DNA from: Rhina ancylostomus
Lineage: Eukaryota
Length of the DNA stretch: 64,000 nt
Assembly (NCBI GenBank): GCA_030265395.1
Contig: JARFYF010000002.1
Coordinates: forward strand, 53,947,792-54,011,791
Direction of reading: 5' to 3'
This document shows, one piece after another, positions 42,035-54,519 of the stretch. The first letter of the stretch is position 1, and each line of letters begins with the position of its first letter. The translations under genes and the position numbers were made by a program. The notes beneath the pieces are model-generated. The model was not told where the DNA came from and did not search any database. It saw only the letters and a program-made list of their open reading frames with translations.

Positions 42035-42492
42035 TAGCAGGATAACTTAAGCTCTACATTTTGGCATTTAACTGTTCTTTTGCCCATTTTGGAAGTTGCC
42101 ACTTGATTCACTCCATAATAACAGTGCTTTTAGCCTCACTGTTACTCAGGTATAAAACCTGGGCTAATATTTAGTAATACTATTTATCATGGATTAGTGA
42201 CTTGTAACAAATTGGTCGTCTTTTTTGTTTGTACCAACTCTGCTCTGTTTAGTTTGCTGTTGAGTCTGAGTATATAATGTACAGTTATATAAAAGTTCAG
42301 GAAGTTTCTTGGCCTCTAAGGGTTTTGTATTTTTAACAGCAACTTACTAGTCCTGTGCTTCAAAAATATTTTCTAAAATGTTTGCACTTAGCTTAAAAGA
42401 TGAATCTTACTGTGTAGGCAAGAGATGAATGTCCTAATCTTACTGTAAGGTAATTTTACTGGTTATAGCATGAAGAATATTAAAAATGTTGA

Positions 42493-42651
<159 letters not shown>

Positions 42652-43804
42652 AAAAGGAAAAGTGAATATTTTGAAGGACCAGAATTTTCAGTGGGATCCA
42701 ATGTACATAGAACTTTCTGCAGTAGTTAATTTGTAAAACTTTGATCACTTTGTGTAAATAATCCTGTATCTGTACTTGAACTGGCCTGACGCTATGATTT
42801 GATGTACATCTTGTGGAAAGAAAATTCAAGTAATAATTAGCATTGATAAACTGGCTTAACTGATTCAAAATTCATCAAGGCTGCTGAAGGCATTGCTGAT
42901 GTGTTTGGTCTGCAGATAGTGTTGCTACGAAAAGTCAGATAAAATTTAGGTCAAAATCTTTTATTTCAGGTTTTATTTCTAAACTTTCAGATGTTGGATT
43001 TTACTCTGGGGTAAAGTATGTATGGTGGGAGGGAGGGGGGTGGTAAGGGAAAGTGAAGATTCACTCAATCTTCAAAGAGAGTGTAATTAGGATCTTCAGT
43101 TCTTTTGTCACCAAAAAAAAATCCATGTAGTTCATGAATTGATCTTGAGCCATCAATATTTTTAATGCAGTTGAGCTGAGTCTCATCATTACTTTGGTTG
43201 CAGTTTATTTATTTCATTCTGTTTAAGATATAATTATGAATTGTATGCTGTTTCCAAAATGTTAAGATTTTTTAATATTCAAAATGAATATTGATATACA
43301 GATTGGTATTTGACAGAATTAACATTTATAGAACTTTTGAACTCTGGCAGTTGCTTAGAATTATACTCCCATGCACTACAGTGATGAATGATCATTGTAG
43401 AAATATAGCAGGTAGTGCACATGCTTCTGAATATATTTTGTGTTGAGGTTGTAATTTTCTTGTGTCATTGCATTTCATAACCAGTTTTTTTGCAATTGCT
43501 TCTGAGATGTCTTGGCATGAATGTGCTTGATTTTAGTCAGTCTTGTGTTTTTGCTCTATTCTAAAGTAGTCATGGATAAACCATGATAAAATGAAGGTTG
43601 GATACTCTTCTGTGGATTCCATTTCCAAACTTCAAAGGTGATGCACAAGTTACTGTTGTCAACTTCATTGCAAAATGATGTCCTGTTTTTATATTGCAAG
43701 AAATAAGTAATATCTGTGTTAAATTTCATTGTATTTTAAGTTTCAGGTTTTATTGCATTTCCTATTTTGCGAACATCTTTTTTCTGCTTTATAAACATCT
43801 AGAA

Positions 43805-43810
43805 AATAAA
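43805..43810 (+). terminator. Candidate TDH polyadenylation signal AATAAA
   Basis: AATAAA about 1.15 kb after the stop, followed by a short TG/T-rich stretch. Confidence 0.45.
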
Positions 43811-44307
43811 AATGATTTAAACCCATGTGTTTAAATTTCCATTCACAAAACCTGCAATGTTGATTTAATGGATTTGCGAATAGCAAAAGAAAACAAAATA
43901 GAAATTAGGATAATATGATTGCAAGGGCAATTCATTATTTGATGTTTGAAGGAACGAGAGTTATAAGGGAAATCCACTGAATACTTGACCCTTATGGGAA
44001 GGAGGAACACCCCAGAAGAGCTGTGGAGGGATGAGAAAAGTTGCTAGAAAACCTAGGGTACAGTACAGAGAGAAAAAGGATATCTTTTTGACAAGTACAG
44101 TTCCATATTTATGTTCTATGTATTTACTGGATGTATACTTATTTGGGAAGGTCAGCATTCATTACCCAATCACAATAAAGGAACATTAATATTTCATTTT
44201 GGAACGTTGTTTAACTTGGGAGTACCATCGGCTGCCAGTTTCTCTCCAGGTCATTGTTCTAAATGATACAGGTTGTACATTTCAAATGAGCTGTTTTTAA
44301 AAAAAAA

Positions 44308-44505
44308 GAGACATAAAACATTGCAGATGCTGGAATCTGGAGCAAAAAAAAGCAAATTGCCAGAGGAACTCAGTGAGTCAACCAGCATTTATGGAGGCAA
44401 AGGGATGGTCAACATTTTGGGTGGAGACCTTGCATCAGGACCATCAACCATACTTTTGCCCCCACAGATGCTGCTTGACCCATTGAATTCAGCAGTTTGT
44501 TGTTT
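44308..44505. mobile_element. Penelope-derived short element, fold-back arrangement
   Basis: Minus-orientation unit 44308-44441 (ends ttgcatcaggac) directly followed by a plus-orientation tail catcaacc...cacagatgctgcttgaccc. Confidence 0.7.
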
Positions 44506-45069
44506 TATAAACAACAAACTATTAAAGAATCCTTGGTGATTCACTACAAAAGCATCTTGTAAATGGTACAAGCTCAGCTATGATATGTTGGAGAAATGAA
44601 TGTAAGAAATAAATGTTCAAGGCTGCTTTATCTTGGATGTGCTGTTACCTCAGCTATGGCACTGGCTCACATAACTCTGGGATCAATCATGCCACCTTAG
44701 ACCAAGTAATGCAGCAGGCTGGGAAGCCAAACCCACAAGGTGTTCCAAGTTTCTGTTGATAAACCCCAGAGCACTGGCATCTTCTGATGCTAAGCTCGGG
44801 CAAGCTATGTTTTGAGGCAAGTCTTATGAAATGGCTACATTTTATTTACAAACTCTGGGTTGCAAATCAGAAATAAAATGTGATAGAATTTTCACTTATA
44901 GCATCTTTAGCAACAAAAGAGATAATGTGTCAAAGATAATTATTTTGTTGTCTCATGTTTTGTGAACAAATACAAGTCAGGTTGCATAAATAGCTAGTGT
45001 GATGAATGAGCAGATAATGTGATGCAAGGGAATTTTAGCCACAATATTTCTTCAAATAAACATATGATG

Positions 45070-46375
45070 GATCAATGCTGGGACCTTTGCTGTGTGTGAT
45101 TATATGTTAATGACTTGGATGTGAATGCAGGAGGTATGATTGGTAAGTTGGAGACACAAGACAGCAGATGCTGGAATCTGGAGCAACAAACTGCTGGAGG
45201 AACTCAATGAGTCGAGCAGCATCTGTGGGAGGAAATAAATTGTTGATGTTTTGGGTCAAAATTGCATCAGGACTGCATGATTAGTAAATTCCTGGATTAC
45301 ATGAAAATTGGTAGGGTGGAAAGTTACTTGAGGCTACAGATCAGTTGGAAAGTTGTGCAGAGCGTTAGCAGATAGAAGTGTGAGGTGATGCAGTTTGGGA
45401 AGTCAAATTGGGGTAGGACATTACAGTAATATGCTGATGAAAGAGACTTAGGAAACCAAGTCCATAGTTCTCCAAAACTGGCAACACAGTTGGATAGGGA
45501 GGTGAAGGCAGTATATGGGATGCTTGACTTCATAGGTTGGGACATAGCATATTAGAATTGGGACATTTTGTTGCAACTTTACAAAACACTGGTTAGACTA
45601 CAGCTACTTTCAACCATCTAATTCTTGAACCAGCTGGCAAAATCCTAATCACTACAGTTTAGCAACACCATGACCATTTTGATCACTTTGCACTAAACTG
45701 GACTTTTCTTGTTGTTCTNNNNNNNNTCGTTCTTTTAAAAGTTGTGTTTAGTTTGTTTTTCTTGTGAATGTTGCTTATACGATGTTATACGTGTCTGTGA
45801 TGCTGCTGCAAGCAAGTTTTACGTTGCACCTGTGTATACATGTACTTGTGTACATGACAAACCTTAGGAGTATTATGTGCAGTTCTGGTTACACTGTAGG
45901 AAGGATGTAAATGGTCTGGAGAGAGTGCAGAAGAAATTCACCAGAACCTTGCCTGGATCTGGAGGATTTTAGTCGTGGGGAGAGATTGGATCGGCTGGGC
46001 TTGTTTTCCCTGGGGGGAAGGAGACTGAGAGGTGACCTGACAGCGCTGTGTAAGATTATGAGAGGCATAGATAGGATGGATAGTTGAGATCTTTTTCCCA
46101 TAGTAGGGGTGCCAAAAACATGAGAGCATAACTTTAAGGTGAGAGGTTGGAGCTTTAACGAGGATCTGAGGGGTAAGTTTTTTTTTACATAGTGGTTGAT
46201 ACCTGGAACGCACTGCCAGAGGTGGTGGCAGAATCTGGTACAATCATTACATTTAAGAGACATTTAGAACGACACTTCAATAGTCAAGAACTAGAAGGAT
46301 ACAGACATAATGTGGTCAAATAAGATTAATGTAAAAGCAAAAAGGCCTGTTTCTGTGGTGTGCAAACCTGTAACT
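45070..46375 (+). mobile_element. CR1-type LINE RT/3' fragment with two nested insertions (Penelope-derived end 45151-45275; Rex1-like tail about 45601-45860)
   Basis: The CR1 motifs atgattagtaa.tt, ggttagacta|...|ggagtattatgtgcagttctgg and gactgagaggtgacctga are interrupted by unrelated repeat ends. Confidence 0.7.
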
Positions 46376-46775
46376 AAATGCAATTAGACAGACAGATGTA
46401 AGAAAAACTTTCAATAAAGCAACACTCCTGCAGTAGTTAAACTAAAAGAGCAGCTATGATTATGTTTTCAGTTTCTAAGATTTTATTCTATAACCTCTGG
46501 GATAAACATGCTTGCACACAGACAAATATCACACAATGATCATGTAAGGCATTTCATGGGCTTTCTATTGCATTAAATCCAATAAAGTAACATAAAGTAT
46601 CATACCATGCTTGTTCTGGGTTAAGAAAGGAAAGGATTTCATATCCACAGGTAAAATAAAAAAAATTATGGATAAGCAGTTGGGCTTTGAATTCATTGTT
46701 GGTGAAATAGTGACATATTTCATGGAGATGTCATTCATCTGCCTGGATCTCTGTGACATCTTTCCTCTGTACTCT

Positions 46776-46865
46776 CAGTCCTGATGCAGGGTCCCAACCC
46801 ATAACATCAACCATTCCTTTGCCTCCACAGATTCCTTTGACTCACTGCAGTTTGTTTTTTGCTCA
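46776..46865 (+). mobile_element. Penelope-derived short element with decayed hammerhead motif
   Basis: CAGTC-CTGATGC-AGGGTCCCAACCC-ATAAC-ATC followed by the family tail cctttgcctccacagat. Confidence 0.6.
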
Positions 46866-47592
46866 ATATACCAGTTCTTAATACCATTAGTTGACCATGC
46901 AAATCATAACAAGAGGGAGTTGCTGTTGATGATTTTGCCACTGGTATTACAGTTTCTTGGAAAGTTGCAGGTTGGTAGGTTTATTGGATAGAGTAAATTG
47001 CCCCTAATGTATGGCTGAGTGGGAGAATCTGGAGAAAGTGATGGGAATATGGGGACAATAAAGTAGGGTTCATGTAAGACTGGTGCAAATGGGTGCCTGC
47101 GGATTGTCCTTGACTTGGTGGGCAAAAGGGGGCTGTTATTGTGCTACATGAAAATCTATGACATACACTCAAGACTGTAAACAATGTCACCCTTACTGCT
47201 CATGTCAATAATTATTATTATACACATGTAGTATGCATTTCAAAGTCAAGTTTATTGTCATATGCACAAGGAAATATATGCAGAGGTACAATGAAAAACT
47301 TACTGGCAGCAGCATCACAGGCACATAGTATCATATAAGCAGCATTCACAAGAAAACCATAAGTTAGCATTTGCCAGACCAATTAGTATAAACCAGGCAC
47401 AACAATAGCTTTCTTGGGTAGGTCTGTGTTTCCACTCCATTGCGGGTTATGAGATGGCTGATGAGGCCAATGTGCAACCCACTGACTCAGCCATGAGAGG
47501 GCTGGAGGTTATTGACATGGCAGGCAGGTGGGTAGCTTGGGAAGTGCTGGGTTTACCTCCAACCAAGCAAAAGAGGCCAATAAAAGATTAAG

Positions 47593-47975
47593 GTATCTTT
47601 ATTAGTCATATGTAATCAAAACATACAGTGAATTGCATCTTTTGCATCGAGTGTTCTGGGCTAATCTGCAAGTGTCGCCACACTACCAGCGCCAACGTAG
47701 CATGCCCACAACTTCGTAACTGTACGTCTTTGGAATGTGGAAGGAAANNNNNNNNNNNNNNNNNNNNNNNNNNNNNNNNNNNNNNNNNNNNNNNNNNNNN
47801 NNNNNNNNNNNNNNNNNNNNNNNNNNNNNNNNNNNNNNNNNNNNNNNCTTTGGAATGTGGAAGGAAACCCACACAGACACGGGGAGAATGTACAAACTCG
47901 TTACAGACAGTGGCCAAATTGAACCCGGGTCACTGGGGCTGTAAGAGTGTTACGCTACTGCTATACTACCATGCC
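47593..47975 (-). mobile_element. V-SINE (HE1-like), split by a 100-N gap
   Basis: tRNA head (minus strand gacccgggttcaatt) and V-domain gagtttgtacattctccccgtgtctgtgtgggtttcc. Confidence 0.75.
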
Positions 47976-48467
47976 TGTCCTCCTTAATTACTTGCTGCAC
48001 CTGCATGCTCACTTTTGTGTTCCATGCACAAGAACATTTAGATTCCTCTCTACTTCATCATTTGCAGCTTCTTTCTATTTAGACAATCATCTACTTTTTG
48101 AATCTTTCTACCAAAGTGCATGGCCTCACACCTTCCTTCATGAATGGAATGTGCTCTGTGGCCTTCAAATAGAGAGCATCAGTGATGTCCCTCCCACGTC
48201 AAAGAATGATAAGTAGCAAGGTATTTAAAATGTTCCAGCTCAAGCCTGGAAGATCCAGATGCATAAAATTCAATTGGCATGATAACCTAGACAGCATTCC
48301 TTAGACTGGTCTGAAGCGCAGTTGAGGCTGGAAGAAGTGAGAGGTTTTGGTGAAAGAACACTAATGTCTCATATACAGTTGCTCATTGAAGAGAATTGCT
48401 CCTGAAGCAACAAACAATCTGCAGGAGGAACTCAGCGGGTCGAGCATTATATATGGGAGGAAAGGAA

Positions 48468-48505
48468 TTGTTGAGGTTTCGGGTTGAAACCCTGCATCAG
48501 GACTC
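48468..48505 (-). ncRNA. Hammerhead-like motif in a Penelope-derived element (element about 48400-48560)
   Basis: Minus strand GAGTC-CTGATGC-AGGGTTTCAACCC-GAAAC-CTC-AACAA; helix II GGGTT/AACCC intact, helices I and III decayed. Confidence 0.45.
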
Positions 48506-49149
48506 CAGTAGATTGTTTATTGCTCCATATTCTAACATCGGCAGTCTCTTGTGTCTTAACTGCTCCTGACTATCCTCATAGAAATGGCCTCCTGTTGAGA
48601 CTCTTTCTATTAGTCCTACTACTTTGCTTTCCAGCAGCCTGTCCTGTTCTGTTTGTCCTCTACTCATATATTCATCCCCAGATAATGAACAGGTTCCGTT
48701 TTTACAGACATCGTGAGGTCGATTTTGTCCATAAGTCGGAAAATACACAGAAATTACTCGATGTGACAACCATACCTCCACAGTGTTGTACTGAATGGCA
48801 TCTAAGACACAGCAGACTGATAAGAAAGAACAATCACTTAAAGTGGAGAGAGAAATGAAACTAGTTCTGCCATTGGTAGGAAAGAATATATATGCATGTT
48901 GGACTTCTGAATTTAACAATAATATGGGGACTCGTTCATATGTACAGGCATCTGTAGGTTGGGTTCATAGCCCGGGGATGGCCTGTACTCCAATCATGCT
49001 GTATTCTAAGAGTGTTGCAAACTAATGCACCAAATTTGATTTGTGCTAAAGCTTCAAGTGCAGCAAACAATCCTTCAGCCCCACCAACATAACTCAATGT
49101 AGACCTCTGTAAACTGAAAGAACTCTGGAAATTACCAAACACATGGGAT

Positions 49150-49570
49150 CACAGCAATAGCCAGAAGAAATCTAACACCAGCTGATCTGCAAGTAATGAA
49201 TTATCCTTATAGTAGAGCTGGTGGGAGCGGCTGCTCAGCCGTGCACGTTTAAGAAAGGGCATTAGTTTCAGAGTTGAGTCTGGGAAATCAGAATTCAGAT
49301 NNNNNNNNNNNNNNNNNNNNNNNNNNNNNNNNNNNNNNNNNNNNNNNNNNNNNNNNNNNNNNNNNNNNNNNNNNNNNNNNNNNNNNNNNNNNNNNNNNNN
49401 GAGTTTGGGAATTTGCCACACACACACTTTGAGTTTAGTTTTTGGGGTTAATGTTTAAGGTCTAACAATTTTACTTTTATTTTTCTTATTATCATAAGTA
49501 GTTATTAATAAAATAATTTTTAACACTGATACATGACTTGGTATGTTTCTTTTGTTGCTGGTATGTGACA
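49150..49570 (+). mobile_element. LTR-like repeat (same family as 3500-3902), with internal gap
   Basis: AATAAA near the 3' end and terminal ...TGTGACA; homologous to the inverted copy at 3.5 kb. Left boundary uncertain. Confidence 0.55.
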
Positions 49571-49830
49571 ACAGAGACAGAGTCCCCTTGGTCCTCAAAT
49601 GTCATCCTACAACAGGATGCCACCACCAGTCACATCTTCCCTTCCCACCCCTCTGCTTTTTGCAGGGGCCACCATCTCCATGACTCCCTGGTTCACTAAT
49701 CCCTACCCATCCACCCATCCCCTTCCCCGCCATTTCCCCCCGCAATCATAGGTGCAGCACTTGTCCCTACATCTCATTCCTCACTACCATCCAGGAATCT
49801 AAACAACCCTTCCAGATTAGGAAAAAATTC
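49571..49830 (+). mobile_element. Penelope-like element internal fragment
   Basis: DRVPLVL, DATTSHIFPS and CSTCPY..TIQESKQPFQ correspond to the linker region of the 57-59 kb element. Confidence 0.6.
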
Positions 49831-50080
49831 ATTTTAATACAAGTTAAAAGTCAACTTCCTGACAATTTTAAAATTACAAACTAAATACAACTGGACATTT
49901 AAATAACATTTGCAGTTATGATTACATTTCAATTCCCGAAAATAGATGGGTAAATACAAAATCCTTCACATCAAGGAAATGTTTGGAATACATTTATAAG
50001 TCAGCAAGAGTGTCACTGCATTTTCAACTGGACTTAATTTTCAGTCCACTATTTTAAACTGTATATTATGTACGAATGGC

Positions 50081-50647
50081 TGTCACACAGATTAAGGGAG
50101 ATAACTGATCTAATTGATGGTATACTAGATCGCCAATTATAGAATTTATGGAAATTAAAGACTCATAATCTGGTACTAGATAACAAGGAATTGTGGGAGA
50201 AATGTGAAAGATAATTGAGAATGGTCTTCTGGGTAGCTAATGTTCTGCTGATGACTAACGGCTCCCCATGTATGGTAATGCTCTGACAATAACTAAGGGC
50301 TATCCATAAATGGTGATGTCTTTCGATATGGTGAGATCTTACATCTTCTCTGCCATGCAGGATGCGGCAATCTAATTATACCTAGTTCCTCAAGAGTGCG
50401 GGGCTAAGACTGAAGCTATGGTTGGCCACTGCAGCCACTTGGTTCTGTTATTTACTTCTGCTATTTGTGCTTGGATGCTTGAAGTCACGTATGTAATGGG
50501 GATAAAAAGGGGACTGTGAGCTGTGTTTGAGGGCGGTCAGTGACTAGTTCTCTGACCGTCACAGCCTTTGTTTGTAAAAAAAGGTTTAATTTCTTGAAGA
50601 ATCTTCTGCATCTCCTGGTCATTCTTGAATCTCGGTAATCCATGACA
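50081..50647 (+). mobile_element. Possible solo LTR
   Basis: Ends TGTCAcacAGATTA / TAATCcaTGACA and internal GATAAAAAGG; no clear TSD seen. Confidence 0.4.
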
Positions 50648-52689
50648 CAATCTATTTGACAAAAATATGAAAAATAAAATCAGTTGCTGTCCACTAGTAA
50701 TTTGGAGTTATTACAACATGTAGTTATTACAGCATGTTTAAAACCAAGAACCTAACAAAGAGAATGCATTAGAATTTATATGAGAACTAAATGGAAGAGT
50801 TACTTCATAAAGGACTCAATAAGCATGGTTAGCATTGATTTATAAAGTGCAACATATGAAAGTGTTAACTTTAATAAGTCTAATTTGAAGATACTATTAT
50901 TAGAAAAAGCTGGGAGGCACGGATCCATATATAAAGGACTATTATTAAATAGCATTTTACATCACAGAAGTAGGCTATTCAGCCCAATAGATCTATGCTC
51001 ACACAAACTTCCTTTATAGTATGTGTTCTTTTCTCCCTTCTGTAGTTACCTAGCTTCCTCTTATATCAATTTATTTACATCAATTAGTCACCACTCTATG
51101 AATAAAAGAATTTCTAAATTTCTAATTTGACTATGTTATATTTATGACCTCAGCTTTCAGAATCCCCCACCCAACCACTGTAAAAATATTTTCTCTTTTT
51201 TTCAGAATCTCCCACCCAATCTCATTGAACCCTTTCATAAGTTTGAAGATCTCCATCAGGTCACCTCTCTAGAGTTATATTGGTGATTGGTTCAATATTT
51301 ACCCTTCATCAATATCACAGGTAACAGATAATCTGATCCTCGTCACAGTGCTGTCTGTGATGAATTGTTTCTGCAGTTTCTCTCTTGCAAATGATTTATG
51401 TATTCAAGGAGTAGGACTTGAACCCAAACCTAGGATGGTGCAGAGTCAAGACGTGAAGAGTCAACCATTCCTTTGCCTCCACAACTGTTGCTTTATCCAC
51501 TGAGTTCCTCAAGCAGTTTGTTTTTTTTTACTTGATTCCAGCATCTGCAGTCTCTTATACCTCCCTTCCATACCAACATGGCAGCTGGTTGGTAGACTGC
51601 TCTGCAGCAGCACCTAGTGGCTATACATGAACTTGCATTTAATGCCCCTCTGGTATTTTTTAAACTTTATGGTATCAGTCAGTAATTGGCATCATTTAGA
51701 AGTTCTTGTTAATCTTTGAAAATCTATCAAATTGACAACTACACATGAGAGGTACTACATGTAAAGACTGACACCTGCATGTGTCCTTCAGACATGCTGC
51801 AAGACTGGTAAACCATGAAGCGATTTTAAAAAGATAAAAGTTGCATACAAGTTATTCTAAAAACTGATAAAATTAAATTGACTGACACCTCTATAAAAGA
51901 AGTCATGTTAAAGCTGTATGTAAATCATTTTACAGGGAGTCATTTAAACTCCTAATGAATAACTCTCTGTACTGTAACAACTAAGAACAGAAAATTATAA
52001 TTAAAAAGCAGAAAAACACTAAGTAGAGGAACCAGCATCCGTGGAGAGGGAAACCACTTTCTGATAAAAGACCTGATAATTGACCCGATACATTAACTCT
52101 GCTACCTTCTCCATTGGTATTACTTGTTCTGCTAAATATTTCCAGCATTTTTTCTCTGCATAATTGTATTCTTAGAACATTCTACTCTATAACTGTAATA
52201 CCCTTGGCTTCTTAATATCCAGCTTCTAATTGGGAGGCGGAATATTCCACCCACATAGTAAGCAAAAACATGAAGTAGCAATTCCTGGACACAGATTGCA
52301 AGTGGTTCTTGAGTCATCAGCTGGCAATGTTTTTCATTATGTGTAGGGGCACATCGCACTCCATTTTCCCCAAGTGAGACGTAATGGTTTGCCTGAGTTC
52401 GATACAGCGTAACTTGGAAAAATGCTTGGATGAAAAAGAATAGTCAGAAGAGATGGCACAAGCTGCAAAACTGAGAGAGACAGTTCCAGTTGGGGAAGAC
52501 AGCAAGAATAATCTGAGCAACAGGGCTGGGGGCAGCATCAAGATGGAGCCATGGGAGACTTTGCAGAAATACTGTAAGTCAGGAATTACATTGTTAACTT
52601 TGACAAGTGTGAGGTGTTGATTTTGATCAGTTACAAACCAGGATATATTAAATGGTATGGCCCTGGACAGATTTGTAGAACAGAGAGAC

Positions 52690-52744
52690 CTAGGGGTACA
52701 AGTACATAGTTCCTGAAAATGGAACTATGTACTTGTACCCCTAG
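52690..52744. repeat. Perfect 24-bp inverted repeat with 7-nt loop at the end of a CR1 fragment
   Basis: CTAGGGGTACAAGTACATAGTTCC-TGAAAAT-GGAACTATGTACTTGTACCCCTAG. Confidence 0.95.
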
Positions 52745-52999
52745 TTTCTTTGGATATTGCAGAGGTCAAGAAAACCTGCAGATTGACCAGATTTATAACT
52801 GCTTATATTTAAATATTCAAAACTTTATTATACGTAGGTAAATGATAACTGACGATATGAAGTAATGTACGCAGATTGTTCTTAAAAACGTAACAAATTC
52901 ATCACAATAAAGTTGTGTAGTGTATATTGTGTGTGTATATATCTTTAAGAATGATACGTACCATGCATTACTGTGTTAGCTACAACCATTAAGTTGAAT

Positions 53000-53380
53000 G
53001 TTAGAACGATAAAGCACAGAAGCAGCCTCTTCAGTCCATCTTGTCTGTGCTGATCATCAAGTACCTATCTATACTAATTCCATTTCCCAGCACTCGGCCC
53101 ATGACCTTCCATGTGTTGGTGTTGTGTTTCAAGCACTCATCTCAATACTACTTATATGTAATGAGATAACCTATCCCCACCACGCTCCAGATGAAAAAAA
53201 ACATCAAATCCCCTTTAATCTCCTGCCCCTTAACTTAAGTCTATAGCATCTTATTATAGACATCTCTACTAGGGGCAAAAGCTTCTCACCGGCTTCTCCA
53301 TCTACGACCCTCACAACTTTAAACACCTCGATTCCACCCCGCCTCCTCCACTGGAAGGCAATCAAACCCAGCCAGTGTTG
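53000..53380 (-). mobile_element. CR1-type LINE 3' fragment
   Basis: agcacagaagcagcctcttcagtccatc reverse-complemented tail; minus ORF LIAFQWRRRGGIEVFKVVRVVD resembles the CR1 C-terminus. Confidence 0.6.
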
Positions 53381-53730
53381 TTTGCCTTTTTGCTTAGAAG
53401 ATCCATTCTTGTTACTGGTCTTCCTGGGCAACAGTATACAGGAACTGAAGGACGCTACAATTTTCCTCCAATGAACCCGCGCGGAGTTTCACAGCGGCTC
53501 CTCCTACCTGCGCCCCCTCTTCCCAGGGAGAGGGAGTGGTACGCATGCGCACTCACGGTCTGCCCTCCTGCTCATGCGCAGTAGGTTTGTTCCTGCCGAA
53601 TGGAAGATTGAACGTGGATAACAAACCTACTTTATATCATCAGGCAAACTGGTGCCGTCCTTCTCAGTCCGCTCCAGTTGGGCGGGACAAAAGGAAAAGT
53701 TGGCCGGTCGGAGGGGCCTGTGGCGGGCGG

Positions 53731-53749
53731 ATGGCGATGCTGGCGGAGC
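53731..53749 (+). CDS. PINX1: PINX1 coding exon 1 (MAMLAE)
   Basis: ATGGCGATGCTGGCGGAGC|gtgagt, 19 nt, phase 1; matches the PINX1 N-terminus MSMLAE and joins exon 2 in frame. Confidence 0.9.
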
Positions 53750-53783
53750 GTGAGTGCGAGGGAGCACGTGCGTCCGACCGACC

Positions 53784-53830
53784 GGCGCCGGGGCAACGGT
53801 CCGGGCGGGCGGGCGCCGGGGCAACGGTCC
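53784..53830. repeat. GC-rich 28-bp-period minisatellite running into a gap
   Basis: GGCGCCGGGGCAACGGTCC at 53784-53802 and 53812-53830, then 301 N. Confidence 0.7.
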
Positions 53831-54141
53831 NNNNNNNNNNNNNNNNNNNNNNNNNNNNNNNNNNNNNNNNNNNNNNNNNNNNNNNNNNNNNNNNNNNNNN
53901 NNNNNNNNNNNNNNNNNNNNNNNNNNNNNNNNNNNNNNNNNNNNNNNNNNNNNNNNNNNNNNNNNNNNNNNNNNNNNNNNNNNNNNNNNNNNNNNNNNNN
54001 NNNNNNNNNNNNNNNNNNNNNNNNNNNNNNNNNNNNNNNNNNNNNNNNNNNNNNNNNNNNNNNNNNNNNNNNNNNNNNNNNNNNNNNNNNNNNNNNNNNN
54101 NNNNNNNNNNNNNNNNNNNNNNNNNNNNNNNTCTTTCTTCC

Positions 54142-54179
54142 CAGTCCTGATGAAGGGTCTCGGCCCGAAACGTCAACGG
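54142..54179 (+). ncRNA. Minimal hammerhead ribozyme-like motif in a Penelope-derived element (element to about 54250)
   Basis: CAGTC-CTGATGA-AGGGTCTCGGCCC-GAAAC-GTC-AACGG: intact core, helix II and GUC triplet; helix I has 2 mismatches. Confidence 0.65.
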
Positions 54180-54519
54180 TTAATTTCCCTCCCTGGATGC
54201 TGCCTGACCTACTGAGTTCCTCCAGCACTTTTTGTGTATTGCTCCTCAACATGATGTTTTGATCAGATCTGAAAATACTACACGGACGGAGCTCTCACTT
54301 GGTTGCTGCTTTTGAAAGCACATTTCAGTGATAGGAGAATTTTGCATTTTGCCCATTCCCACAACTTTCATTTTATTCAGTTCTTTTAACCAAAGTCCAC
54401 TGTTTTCGAGGAGCATTATCAGATAAAGTTTGGCACTGAGTTATACAGAGCAGATGGCCAACTTGACCAAGTTATATGGAGTGATTTAAAGGAACAAAAA
54501 GTGAGAGAAGCTGGGGTGG

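Larger units (their letters stand above)
53450..53830 (+). promoter_or_regulatory. CpG island and PINX1 promoter with tandem NRF1-like sites
   Basis: CpG-rich. TACGCATGCGCA 53540-53551 and TGCTCATGCGCA 53569-53580 each match TGCGCATGCGCA at 11 of 12 positions. Confidence 0.8.

Noticed and set aside
47728-47867. Direct repeat CTTTGGAATGTGGAAGGAAA flanking a gap in a SINE
   Set aside because: Same 100-N overlap artefact.
47900-47975. tRNA-like A/B box sequences (also about 34270-34325 and 13980-14050)
   Set aside because: These are SINE heads; no complete cloverleaf is present, so they are not tRNA genes.
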